From assembly GCA_040954595.2 (NCBI GenBank), contig CM082583.2:3171060-3235059 (forward strand): a stretch of DNA of 64,000 nucleotides, in the 5' to 3' direction. Source of the stretch: Balanoglossus misakiensis. Its lineage: Eukaryota > Animalia > Hemichordata. Of the stretch, positions 48,947-62,500 are shown one piece after another. The notes under the pieces were generated by a model. The model was not told the origin of the DNA and made no database searches. It saw nothing but the letters and a program-made list of their open reading frames with translations. Made by a program: the position numbers and the translations under genes. Within the stretch, counting starts at the first letter, position 1. Each line of letters begins with the position of its first letter.

Positions 48947-50865
48947 TCAGTTTGCTCCATCCTATTTTTAAATTGTCTTACGATAAAGTCAACCATCTGT
49001 TTACTGCAGTAAACTTGATAAATATGTGAATATTCAATATTGTGCTAATAATATGAAAGGATAATTCCATCTTGCAATTGAGGATCTTGATAATATTTTG
49101 CAGAGAAACATTGTGACAACAACACTTACCGCCTCTTCTTCCAAATATTTATAAACATCATCAACAAAGGCTTTTCCTTCGTTCTGTAGAATTGTGCCGT
49201 GCGCAAAACCCATTTCGTACGGCGTACCTGGTGATAAATGTTGTTTTACAGTAATTAGTAGATCGACAAGAGAATAACATTTATTGGTTTTAACATTATT
49301 TGCCCGACCAATACTCAGCTATCTCTATTAAAGTTGCTGTCTGAATTTAAATTCAGCTATGCTCAAACTGTAAACAACTGCACGGTAGTATGTAAAGTTG
49401 TTGACAAGTAAAGTATTATCCGCTGTCTTCAAGTTGAACCAACGTACCCCATAGATGCAGAACTTTAAATTGGTCGTCTCCTTTACCGGCTAAGTACAAT
49501 TTACCATTTTTCACTTGTTTTACAAAGACTGGTGGGTCAGTCTGGATTGGATTGAGGTTAGGCTTGGCGTGCGGGTCCGGCTGATCAGAAAGAAAGACAA
49601 GATATGAACTAAATATATTCATGTGTATACGTGGTTTAATAAAGATTGGATTGGATTGGGGTCCGACTCGTCAGAAAGGAAGGAAGGAAGGAAGGAACAA
49701 ACAAACAAAGACAAGATGTGAACTATGTATTAACGTGTTTTGATTAAGGTTAAAATTTTAGAACTGGCAATTGACTGTCATACAATTCATAACTTCCTTT
49801 CAGTTCATCGTGTCCCTTCAACCGTCCTGGAACGTTTCAGATTTGAGCACAGGGGGCTGCAAACATGAAAGTTATAAATGGCGGAGTTACTGCATTTTTC
49901 CCCAATAAACATAACTTGATGAACAGTCTCTGTGCTTGTTATTTTTCTATGTTAACCCCACCTGCCTTATCAGTTGCTAATCCAGGATACAAGCTATCGA
50001 ATTTCCCATTAAGCACCTGCTAACAACTTAATCTGTGTGCCCCATCCACGGATTAAGTGGATTATGTGAACATTGGTCAGTATACCCTGATGTTTACTTT
50101 ATCAACTTAATCCGTGGATGGGGCACACAGATTAAGTCGTTAGCAGGTGATTAATGGGAAATGGATAGCTTTTATTCTGGATTAGCAAATGATAAGACAG
50201 GTGGGGGAAACGCATATCGGAACGTACTCTGCCATTTATACCTTTCTTGTTTGCAGCCCCCTGTGATTTGAGGGGGTAATGGTGCAGGAATAAACTGCCA
50301 TATTGCTATCAAATTGTGTCACAATTTGAAGAAATCTGAAAGACATTGTTTTTGCATACCCGACACCAAATTTTAAAACAATCGAGCGAGCGAATTCAAT
50401 GGCCTTTGCCCAAGAATCAAGAGAATGATATAAAAAAAAACACCACTAAAATGGAAAATCCAACTGGTACTAGTCATGCTCCAAGACTGTGCGATACTGA
50501 AAAGTGCGTCCGCGTTACATAGAACGTCCTGTGGACGCGACGCTACGCAGTTTGCCTGGCGGCGCGTCGTACGCAGTATGAAAGCGACTGCCATAGAGTC
50601 TAAACTGGTACATGTACATACAAGAATATTTGAACATAATCTGAAAGTTGAGAAATGATTTACACTAGCACAGCCATTGGAATTTCAAATTCTGTGAACA
50701 CCCAAAACAATCGGTTTACTGAAGAGGATCAACAAGTTGTGCTTTTAGCGTCCTCAACAAATCTCAAGATGTTAAATTAACCCAAGATACTCCACATACC
50801 CCTGCCTGGGAGACAGTAACTGCTACAAGCACAAGTGAAAGACCGAGGATTATGTTTTGAAACAT
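44409..50865 (-). CDS. dcd1A-like secreted Ntn-hydrolase (acid ceramidase/NAAA-related fold), 14 exons, ~436 aa
   Basis: Exons 50865-50800 (signal peptide MFQNIILGLSLVLVAVTVSQAG), 49580-49448, 49227-49130, 48810-48743, 48372-48323, 48094-48036, 47630-47596, 46909-46815, 46713-46603, 46454-46360, 45981-45871, 45675-45561, 45129-44913, 44466-44409. Total 1311 nt, all phases consistent. Motifs: LWGTPYEMGFAHG, EMRGLADA, KGT-CSMFGAWG (nucleophile Cys), LRALDW, GWTGWIGSVTGMS, YLLRDILQFD. Confidence 0.9.
44717..44817. repeat. (TTCA)n microsatellite
   Basis: Directly visible, in the last intron of the dcd1A-like gene. Confidence 0.97.
47282..47497. mobile_element. TA-flanked MITE (Tc1/mariner-like), 216 bp
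   Basis: TACTGTAAAACGGGTTATTT ... AAATAACCCGTTTTACAATA. Same TIR as the mini-elements in the 28482-28930 array. Confidence 0.8.
49848..50265. mobile_element. Palindromic MITE with 7-bp TSD (ATTTGAG), P-element-like termini CA...TG
   Basis: ATTTGAG|CACAGGGGGCTGCAAACA ... TGTTTGCAGCCCCCTGTG|ATTTGAG. Long inner arms ACTTAATCTGTGTGCCCCATCCACGGATTAAGT / ACTTAATCCGTGGATGGGGCACACAGATTAAGT. Confidence 0.85.
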
Positions 50866-53584
50866 GTCGATGTTTCGAATCCAGCCCAAATAATACCCTA
50901 CGCACAATATAGTGCATTGAACGGATCAAAGTACATAGTCCAGTCAATGTAAATGGTCACGGGACAATCATATTTACATCCGGGAGTCACAACCATCCCT
51001 TGACAACACATGTTTTCTCAGGTTAATTTTTAAATCCCAGCCCCACAAACATGACAGTTCCATGGCAGATTTCCTACAGGCCGCATTCTTCAATGGCCAC
51101 CCAATTAGATTCAAATTCAGTACAAGGGACAGGCCATTTGAAAAGTCTGGAAATTGACAAAGTGATATATGTTTTTTCCAAACATTTTCCATAAGCTTCA
51201 TTTTATATCACTAAAATTTGGTGCTTATATTCCACACCTGCAACCTATTTTAGCAATGTCTGTATCTCCTTTAAAAATGTAAAAAAGAGTTCATTCCCCT
51301 ATGAAACTGCAAACTAAATTTCAGGAAATTGATTTTTTTTTAAAACCACAAATGGCAAAAATTGCCTACAAAAACAATTTTGACACTTGCATCATAGGGT
51401 TTGTAAATCATCATGTGAACACACCTAGGAAACCAAATTTCAAATCAACGGGGGTAGAGGTTTCTGAGAAAGAGTTTTTGACCAAAAATGGCAAATATTG
51501 CCCCAAATATACTGTTGATTTCTTTTGTTTGTACTGTTGCTGACAGACAAATACTTTATTATTTGAAAATCATGCTGTGAATCTCTGTGATATATCTCAT
51601 AGTGGTTTACTTTTACCGATTTCTTTATTTTAACACTGTAAACACACTGTTCAAGGACATATAATAAATTGAACCAAACTTAAATCAAGCATTGGTCATA
51701 TTCAACATATACTGGTTGATTTACTCTAATATATAATATTTTTATGTAAACTTTATTATAAACATGTTTAAATATAACATGGCAAACACTTTCACTAATA
51801 AAACCATAACAATTCAACTGTAAATAAAGTCACAATACTGGTTTTCTGCACTTTGCAACAATGAAGTTACTCCTTAGTATCTTGGTCAACTTGGGAAGCA
51901 ACCTTCAAAAAAATGTGCAGAACGTTAATGGGACATCATGACTGTCTCAAAGATTACACAACTCTGTAACAACCAGTATCAAAAATAAAGTGATGAGTGT
52001 CTATTAGAAACAATATCCTGTGAACAGGGAAACTGCTCTCAAAGTGAACACATATCTGATGTTGCAAAGATGTCTGACTGCAACGCATGTACGTTCAGTA
52101 AAATTGAAAGTATTGTCATTTCTTTTAATTGTGAATTTTTTGGATTCTCATTTGCGTGTATAATGGAAATCCGTGATAAAATATAGGGGTCGTGCTTGTT
52201 TTTGAATGAATTTAGTCGATAATAGGAGAAAACTGCTGACTCAGCATTTTTCACCAATGGTTTGTCTGTGGGGAAAATATTTAGGGAAGTTTATCTCAAA
52301 ATAGATTGTGGTGACCACACGATTTTATTTGACCAATGAATTTTTTTTTTGTCTGAGCTATGTGTAAAATTTTGTGAAAATGACAATAGTAGAAGTGAGT
52401 TTCCTAGCAATTATTAATGTAATCCTATGGGAAAGAGACACATGCGCACTGTTTACCAACTTGTACATTCTGCGCGTACATCCTTAACTTTATCAGGTTC
52501 CATTCAAATTTCATATAGCTAAGTGGTTTGGATGACTTATATAAGTTATGACAACTATCTGCATTCACCTGACTCCTAATCCTCCCATCCCCTGTATCTG
52601 GTACAACATCACCCTTGCAAATCAAACCTTTGGAATGAGATGGTACAAAACTTTAATACTGGGATGAAACAAGTACAATAATCTTGCCTATACAGTCTGA
52701 GCTATGTCGATTGATACATTCAAATATCCACATTGAAAAAAGATACATTCTTCTGGAATATAATACGTAGGGCTAACATAAATACAGTTTTGAAACAATC
52801 GAGAAAGACAAAATCATGGTTGAACAAATAAGAAGCACTGGTTGGGAAAAATGACAAAACGAAAACCAGTCCAGCTGATTTCTACATAATGTGGTTTGAG
52901 GTCTCCTATTCAGGGAAAACCATTTGTAGTCCTTTTACCAATTTGACATGTGGTTTATTATTCGCCCCCCCCCCCTCCCCCAGAATACATCTGTGGGGAC
53001 CGCTGAACCAAGATTTTGAATTGTCTCATTCAATGATTGTAATTTGACTGTAGGTTGTGATAATTAATTCAAAATTTGTCGGACTTCAGTAGAAATGGTC
53101 ATTTCACACAAATACAAAACATACTCCACATATGCAGACATAATTTCAATGTTGTGGTGTTTGTCATGCCAGACTGTGATTCTCTGGGTGTTAATTACCA
53201 TTGCTAATACCGGTATATTCAGTTGCCATTTTTCCCAGGCAGTATGTATCCTGATGACAATATTTTAACAGTAAAAACAAATTAGGTATTGGTATCCCAT
53301 AATAAACATTGGGACCTGTATGTGTGATCTTCTAGGTCCTCAAATCTGCTAGAACACATATGTACATTGTACATTTAGTTTTGAACCCTGCGTCAGTTCA
53401 ACATGCTGTTCAACTGCTGTGTTCAGAACCGCTATGATATCTAGCCCTAATCAGAAGACAAGATGTTTCTGAATAGTTGGATAACTGCAATGAAACAGAA
53501 TTAAAACAAGGTGGCTCAAACTGCCATGCTTTTCATGTCAGACTGATCAGTTCAACAAATAACACCACTCTCTGCGAGCCAACG

Positions 53585-56500
53585 TCAAAACTTATGTTTA
53601 TAATCAGGATGTCCATTGAATGCCATACGTCTTCCATTGATAAGGCACTGTATAACCCATTCACAGCTAACCACTGGGATTTCAAGCTCTCCGGCCTTTT
53701 CAACAAGGTCACCTGGACAGCTTTCATCTGTGACTATCACATCATAATTCAGGGATTTCCCTGTAAAAACAAAAACATCACAATTATATTCTGACAGTGT
53801 AAGATGTAGACTTGCTACAAAGACAACTGAAATCTGAGAGACCAATAAGCCAAGTGTGTTCTCGTGATTAACACACCAATCATTAACCCTTTCATTCCCA
53901 GTTCCCTCTTTAGAGGTCCAACCTAACCCCAGAAAACAATGGGTTTGGACTGAACCATGGTCCTACATACTGCAGTGACTAGGATTACAATTTTCTGGCA
54001 AATTCTCTAAGTCAGAGCCTGGGTTATTTAAACCCTTGTTCTTCATCAATGACACTGCTTGAAAGATTATGGTTTATAAAAACGATGAAAATCAGAAGAA
54101 GCCAAACTCAGTTAATGTTTATGTCTGCTGTGGGTATTGGTTTGCAATTGCAGGTTCAACAATCAGTGAATCATTTTATCCATTTCAACAGTCCAAGTGA
54201 GCAGAAGTGTGAGCTTTAGAATTTGGGAAATTAGACAAGATAAAAATGTGTTCAGTTCAACCAAGTAGTAATTTTAAATTGGTTGCCTGATGGTAAAATC
54301 AGTTATATCAGGCCATTGGTAGATGACTACTCACAAGTTAGAATTTTGTCATTTACCTGATTGTTATAGATATTGTTTATCAATGAATGTTAAAAACAAA
54401 TATAGAGAGAAAATACGGTGTTCCCATGCTACCTTTTCAGTGAGGGGGTCTCAAAGTTTGTGGAAAATTCTGAGTCAGCACTTTTCTCACACTGCTACTG
54501 CTAAAGTCTTCCTATGTTGAAAATATCTGAACAGCTCTATTAAAAAATCAATCACGGTGACATAGTTTCTTTATAGCATTTAATAATACTCCTGTATTGG
54601 CACCTTTCATGCAAATTTCAAGAAAATGACAATATTAAATGTAACACTGTTTTCTCACAAATCTTCATGTAAGGCTATGGAATGTGATAACCATGCATTG
54701 CATCTGGATAGTCATCTCCCTATTAATAGTTTTCACAGAGAAGGTCACAGTCAATTTCAATAGAACTTACTTGGATGCTTGGAAATGCAGAAATCCGCTG
54801 GTAATTTGGAAACCTTTGCACATTTAGCAGCCATAAGTACCGAGATCCAAAAGTCTTCAAACTCTGGATCCTCAACACTCCTTGAAAGAACCAGGACTCG
54901 TAGGCCACGAAGAGCCATGTTGGTGGATTGTCTAAAATGAGACAGTTTGTCATATTTTATTTGTCAGAACTTATTTAATGAATATAGTCTGGTAAACTCT
55001 AAAAACAGTTTATTTTCCCCACTGCAAATTGAAATATCTAACATACATTTAACAGTTACCATAAAATACATTGCCAAACGTATAAATAAACCACACTTCA
55101 CAAACGCAGAGAATAATATATTCTGCACAATAATATTGAAACATTTTCAAAAAGAGCCAAGAATCTCAAAGAGTCAACTGCCAATTTCTGTATTAAGTTC
55201 ACATCTTCTAGAAGCAGTAATTGAACTCACAATCGAAAATTAATCAAACAAACTTGTGTTGTGATAACACTGCAGTTTTACTGTCCTTATATATCTGCCT
55301 CACAGGTCTTGTTGATAGTCTTTGAAAGTTTCTTATGAACCCATACAACTTCCGAGGTCTGAGGAAGCAAGCTGATGAATTCAACGAATGTCAGAACATT
55401 TACATTAAGTTAGAACTCCATTGTAGAGTAAAAGAAACACCTTCTCTGACAACTTACATTTCCATTATCTTGTTTTCTTCAATATTTACTCCTGCTGGTA
55501 AAATATAGGCTGTTGTATCAAGCAGCTGATTCTGCAAAGCAATCAGCACAAATATAGCTGATGATTATTTAAGGGCATTTTGTTTAAAATACTATAATTT
55601 CAATTTTCTATAAAAAAAAATTGAGGCTGCTTTTACTAATTCCTTCACTTTTCGGATTACTGCAAGGTTTCCAGGATGCAATGTCCAGACTAAATTTACC
55701 AATCTTAGAATATTTTGACAAACACCAGACACATTCCAAATGTTAAAGCAGGAAGTTATTAATGGTAGGTGAGATGGAAAATACAAAATATTTTATCATC
55801 TTCTTGCAGCAAAGATTGTGGTTTTTATTCTTTAGACTTAAGATGAGCAAACTTACCATTCGACAGCTGTCTCTTATCCATACATGTGACACACATAAAA
55901 TTCCAGCAGCTAAACTCTGAAAGTATTTCCTAGTTCTGCAGTATGTATTTGCTAGTAAGTAAACTTTAAGTTTACACTTCTGTTGAAAAACAAAACATTA
56001 CATCATTTGAATTGTATGTCAAATCTCATTCAAGTTTCATGAAACTACTTAAAACTTTGAATTCTTATTGTGATTTTTTAAAGATAATTCAACATTTCAA
56101 ATTAGAGCTCCATCTGTAACAATTCATTATATATTCAGTATTTCAGTTTTGTTGTTTTGTGTATCTACTGCAGTTTCTTGTTCAAATTAATGAGCATGAT
56201 GAAATGCCCAGCATTTAGCTTATCAACACAACATATATGTTTATAGTAAGCATTGTTATTGTGCACCATTCAAATTCAAGTTCGGACTAGACACAGAGGC
56301 TATGTTGACGAATGCAGTACAGAGTTAAATTAGCATCCTGTTGGAATAGAAAAAGAAATTGATCTCGATCGACACACAGAACAAATATACTTAAAATAAA
56401 GTTACAGCTAATATCCCTTTAACTTGTTCAACTAAAATCGAGTGAAAATTTACCCATTCTACCATAGAAGTAGAATTGGAGAAGTTCATGACATGCATAC

Positions 56501-59500
56501 AGTTGTAGATTACTTCTCAACCACTAGTATACCAAGTTTCATTAAACTCAATTTCTCTCAAAATTATATGACTTTCTAAGAGTTTTCAGGTTTTGTGAGG
56601 TAAAATTTTATTTTCAATGAGAAGTTAGCAGTGCTACTGCTCTACCCACAACTGCGTTTATATACAATGGCAAAGTGTGATAGCACAGTAGAATAAATCA
56701 TGCATTTTGCAGGACTCACAGAAATACACAATTTCTCTCATACTTCAAGGATACATTAGACCTGTAGACTCACAAAGCTATTTCCCACTTTGAGACATTT
56801 TTCATTTCATTTCATGAACAAAATAACAGAAACTAAACTGATTGGTTACCATGGCGGCATCAAATGTCTTGAGGACTCTACCACCACCTGCTCTGATCAT
56901 TTTTGTAATCTGGTCCTTGACATATGGAACATCGGGAATTTCTGAAAAAAAAAAAAAAAAGAGAAGAGAAAAGAATATTCTGTCAAGAAAGGGAGTATGT
57001 GTGGTGCGCTCTTTGGTGAAATAATTGCTGGATATTAACGTCAATGAATTTTCCACTTTTCTCCTAACTTGCTGTATTTAGATAACAATGTGAGAAACTC
57101 TATTGTTTACTTTCATGGTGGAGTTAATTGCTTATTATGAGAATTAGTGCCATAGGTCTAGGTTTGAATCTCCTCAAATACAACATTAATATACCATATA
57201 AATATACCCCACAGTGTCCATGAAGTCCAACTATGTCATCTGAAAATAAGTCAACTCTTAAAAATCAATGATGAATGATTTTGTATCAAACAGACAAAAA
57301 AACATACCTTCTTCTGATACACTTTCATCTGTCCAATCACAAGGCGAGGTTGGTGTGGTGGGCGGTTTCTTAGCTCCAAAAGTCAACATGAATCCATAGT
57401 TCTTGAAGAGGCCTCTGTCCGTTGGCATTGGGTGTGGCTCTGCTTGAAGTGCACCAATTCTGACAGGGGATGAAAATGGGCCGATTGTTGTGGCCACTGC
57501 TGATGAAAATGGGCTTTGTTTGGTGGCTACTGCCAGCTTTCTTGGTGACCTTCTGAGCTGCGTTGTGGATGGAGGTGGATTAATTGCTGTGAGTGAGGCT
57601 GCTCCATCCACTTCATCAACTGGGGGAGGTGTGTGAGATGTTACAGAGGTTTCTTTACCGGCACCATCCATCGTCAATGTGTCCATTTCTATGGCAGATA
57701 TACATGTATTAGACAAGATATTCCTTTATATTCTACAATACAAAATGTCTCTCCAACATAATTCTATCAAAGTTCAGTGCACTCTTCCCATTAACCATAT
57801 GCTTTCTGAGCCTGGTCACCTTATGACATCATGCAGTTGTCTTCAAAGGGTTCACAGTGATTTTGAAGCTGGATAAAGCAGTATTGGTTCTTTTGGTCAA
57901 ATAGGTAGTTGCTGTGTAAATATGAGTGTAATTGTATAGGTGTCAATATTTGGGTTGAACTATTAATTTTCAACAGAAAAGTAATGGTGTACAAACTCAA
58001 TCACAACTCACAACTGTTGTGATGTACCCGGTACATGTACTCCACTCATCAGATGGTAATCATTCCTAGAAAAAATTTCAAATAAAAAGAAATTTACCTT
58101 TATTAGATGCCTTTCCTTTCTTTCTTGGTGATTCATGAAAATCAATATCTCCACTTAATGTTATTTTCCTTTTCACACTTGTTTGATTCTGGGCAGTTTT
58201 GTTCTCTGCTTCATCTTTCAGGGGTCTTTTCCGCGTTGTTGGACACTTCTTTGGTCCTGAGCTTCTGCTTCTCTTACCAGTCACCAAATTATCTGCGTGC
58301 AATGAGATGCACTCATTAAGTATGCTAATATCAATATTCACGGGGCAATATAAAATTATCTTTCTTTAAATCCAAATGCAAATTGGCAGTCTTCAGTTAC
58401 CTTTCCCTGTGACCTCATTAAAATTACATGTATGCACTATTCTAAAGGGGACTTTGAAATTATTTCGAAGATACAATATCCTATGTGCCATGAATCTAGG
58501 TCAAGGTTTACCAAACTGCACAAATTCTGAAGTGCCACATTCTACATGAAACACATCAGCTACTTGGGGTTTTATGTTTTTTTCTTCTTAAATCTGACAC
58601 AAACGTGCACTGGTGTTGTGTATCTTACCTAAACTAATAGTTGAAATACTGCTTGGTGTTTTCACTTTCTGCGGATGAATGTGGACAGATGCCTGATCTG
58701 AGGTGAGAATCACATGCTTCCTGGAATACCTGAAATATATAATGGAAGGAATGGAAGAAAATGTATGGACACTGGTCTCTTTTATTGTTTGAAATTTACC
58801 TTACATTCTCTCAAAATTGTCTGTAACTTTAAGCTTTATTTTCGGTTTTCTTGTTCTGTGTACCAAACGCAATTTCTTGTTCTATTTCAAACAGCATTCT
58901 CTGCTTGTTTACCACAAAAAAATACCAAAGTACTGAAGAACTCAGCTGATACTATATGTACATGTACATTCACAGCACGTTGAATTATGCATCGCCATCA
59001 GAAAATTAAGAATCTTCCAATTTACCGGAGGTACAGCAGCATACATGTAGTTCATCAGATGTCAAAATAAATAGATGAGTAGTTTCACCATGTCTGCTGT
59101 ACACAACCGGCCATGGTGTTTTAAGGAAAATGTCAAAAACGACAATTAGTAAAGCTGTGCATGTTTCCTGCTTTCCGGACATGTACCTTTTTGTATCACC
59201 TTCAGTTTTTTCAACAACATAGCCTTCTTCTTCTGTGTCATTGTTCTTGTAATACCCAACGACCATACCTACAAAAAGATAAAAACAATTCTTTAAAAAA
59301 TAATACCAGTAAATCTGAAAACAGAACAAGAAACTGTTCAATCGAAGACACATCAGTGGCTTGTAATGAGTGCTTGGCAATTGCAATGCCTTTTTCACAA
59401 AGACAGAAATACTGAAAACTTTGTAAAGGGTGTTTGATTCTTAGTACAAGTTCAAATATTCCCGATTCACAGGACCGTTCTGTATCTGTGAATCAGTCGA

Positions 59501-62500
59501 TCTGCAGGGAGAGATGATTTAATTGCTAAAACAAAGATTTATCCTGACAAAAAAAAGAACGTTTTCACTTTAAGTGGCAATGAGTATTATATATTGTAAT
59601 ATTTGTATGCGCACAGTATTAGTTCAGTTGATAAAGTTATCCATAACCAGACTCCCGCTTACATCAGTGATCTACTGCAGCCATACACTCCCACTCATAC
59701 ACTGTGTTCATCCACCAAGAAACTTTTAATATGTACAACATACAAAAACAAGACCTATGGCGGCTGTGCCTTCTCTTATGCAGCCCCTAAACTGTGGAAC
59801 GCACTACCTCTTGACATCAGGGAATCAACAAACCTGGAGACTTTCAAAAGAAAACTTAAAACTCATATGTTCGAAGGAGCATACAGTGTGGTTTAACCAT
59901 GAGCGTCATTGGGCAAAATTTCTTATTTTTGGATTTTGGCACTATATAAACTTTTTGTTGATTGATTGATTGATAACTGGTTCCTGTACATCCAAGTTGA
60001 TAGTGACATTCATATCCAAACATTGATTGTAATTATAGGCTGTGTCTGACTAGAACGAGTACCCACTAATGCGAGAACAGGGGATTTCAAATGTTAATTT
60101 TAAAATGGCATCACCTTGCTCATAGAAGTCTTCATCAGCTGATGCAGCCATTACACTTGAATATTTCTCCAACCATTCCTTTACAATGATATCTTTTTGA
60201 GAAACGCTTCTTTGATCACCGTCTTCAAAGCAGATTATGAATCTAACAAGTACAATCAAAAACAGGGGTCATTTATAAGGTTGAAAGACAGTTAAAGTCA
60301 TCATAAAAAAAGAATAGCTCGTCAAGTTTGACGGTGATGATGATACCAGACATGTAAAATTGTGTAATTAAAATTTCAAGCATACAAGAGAACAGGACTA
60401 TATGCATATTATGGGGCAATGTTTTTTTTCTTGTGTTCCCGTCAGACGACTTCTTCGTGTGTCTCAATTTAGTATTCAACAAACATTTCAATCAAAAGTG
60501 AATACTGTGTACCATATTAGGAGATTTCACATGTATCTATCTGCACCCCCCTCCCCCAAAAGGTTTGTGTGTTTCTATCAGTACATGCATAAATCTGGCT
60601 CCCACTCTGTTCTGAGTGTTGGAAGTCAAATGTACAAGCATATCAATTTACAGAGTACTAAGTGTGTAATATAGACACTGTTTTCATTTTCCATTTTTCA
60701 TGCTGAATAATACAAATCATTGTGAATGACCTAGTCCCCACTGGATCAAGAACCTCAAAGTCTGAAGGAAATCATGGCTGAATACAATTAGTCTAGGCAT
60801 AGTAGATAGTAGATAACATCTTACTTGTTATGTTTCTCCTCAGACACTACAACACCTGGATAGTAGTATTTATCTTGCCACCTGGCAAAGACACGGACAC
60901 CTGGTTGAAGACATTTACCAGCCTCATCTTCAGTTGATGAACACGGAGGGGAGGACAACATATTGGAATCTGATGGTGGAGTCGCATGAATGCGGTCTGC
61001 GTCAGAAATCCTAACTGTGGTAGAGGGAGATGTGGTTGGAGATTTCTGTCTCCCTACTGTATCATCGGTTGGCCTACATCTTTCCACTTCTGATGAGCTG
61101 GTGCTGCCTTCTGTTGGTGTGACTGGTTTCTCACTCAGTCGTCTCCGTAATTGACTTCTTCTTCCATCGCTCGGTCTATCTGTCTGTGGCGTGATGGTGA
61201 TAGACTTTCCTCCCGGAGTGCTCTCTGCAGTTGACTTTGATGATAACTCTCTTCTTATCTTCTTCTGAGCGACACCATCCCCTGTCAACTCCACACCTGC
61301 AGCCGCCTGCACTCGCCGAGTCCATGTTGGTGAACTTGTCACAGAAGTTGTGTCGGCATAACTGAACTGTACAGAGTCTTGCTCACTTCTTGTCCCATTC
61401 TCATCTTTGTTGAGAACCCGATGCTTTTTCTTTGGTGCCTTGGACTTTCCTGGGTATGTCTTAAGAGGTCTACTGAAAGTTCCATCTTTTGACAACTGTG
61501 TGGATGATGCCAAGGGTGATGTTACTGTTGTTATGGTAACTGGAGAAGTGTTTGAACTTGTGGTTAACTTAGTGTTTAACTGAGGTGATAATTTAACACT
61601 TGGTACACTCCTTGAAGGAGTTGATGAGGTCATCTCTACGCTTGAACTGTGAATGACCTTTCCACCAATGCTGTCTGTTCTAGAAATACTGCTACCAGTA
61701 GTATTAATGATGCTTGGTATGAGACTACTATTTGTTTTCTGCAAGCTTCCAGAACTCGATGTCTTGGAGAGGGAACTGCTAACATCTGCCATTTCTGCAG
61801 AAGTTGAGGTTTTCAAGAAGCTGGCAGTGGTTGACAAACTGCTGCTGCAATTTGAAGTTTGTTTTGGGGGCAGGACTGAATCCAGTGCTGATCTGGCCTT
61901 GGCAATGACATTGGCTAATTCAGTCTCTGGGTGCACTGTGATTGGTGTTCCAACACTGCTTGGTGACATGCTTTCTGTCTGATGTTTCTCAATAATCGGA
62001 TCACTGATTTCCTAGAGAACACAATAGTCAGAATCAGAACACATTATTATTGAAATGTCAATGTCACTTACCATGCGATTAATTTCCTTTTTCCATATGA
62101 TGTTACACATATTGACTGGTATACGTAAGTTTCCCGAGGGACTGTGAGTAGCCCCAAAACAGTCTGTTTCCAGAGGCCGAAGGCTGAGGGGAACCAATCG
62201 TTTTGGGGCGACTCACAGGCTCTAGGGGACACAAATGTATGTGGGTACCCCAATATGGTAAGTCAATATGTATTTTACAACACACCGGCCTCATCCAACA
62301 GTAGCACAAATCAGGAAGTTTCTTTGCTGTTATCAAGTTGCTCTCGGTTGCAGGCGACATCCACCATCTTAGTTGTCTTGAGTGCACGTGCATAGATGTG
62401 GGTGCTCTAGTGTGCCTATAACCCTGGGTCATAGGCATTGCCAGAGTGCCCGCACAGGAGTGAACCTTTCAGTCGAGCATAGATGATGATTCTCAATGTA

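Noticed and set aside
54723-54953. ORF-track translation NPPTWLFVAYESW...
   Set aside because: Wrong frame. The spliced TP53BP1 exon 54931-54771 reads QSTNMALRGLRVLVLS...DFWISVLMAAKC.
57110-57180. tRNA-like GGTTTGAATCTC box
   Set aside because: No cloverleaf can be built. At most a decayed SINE head.
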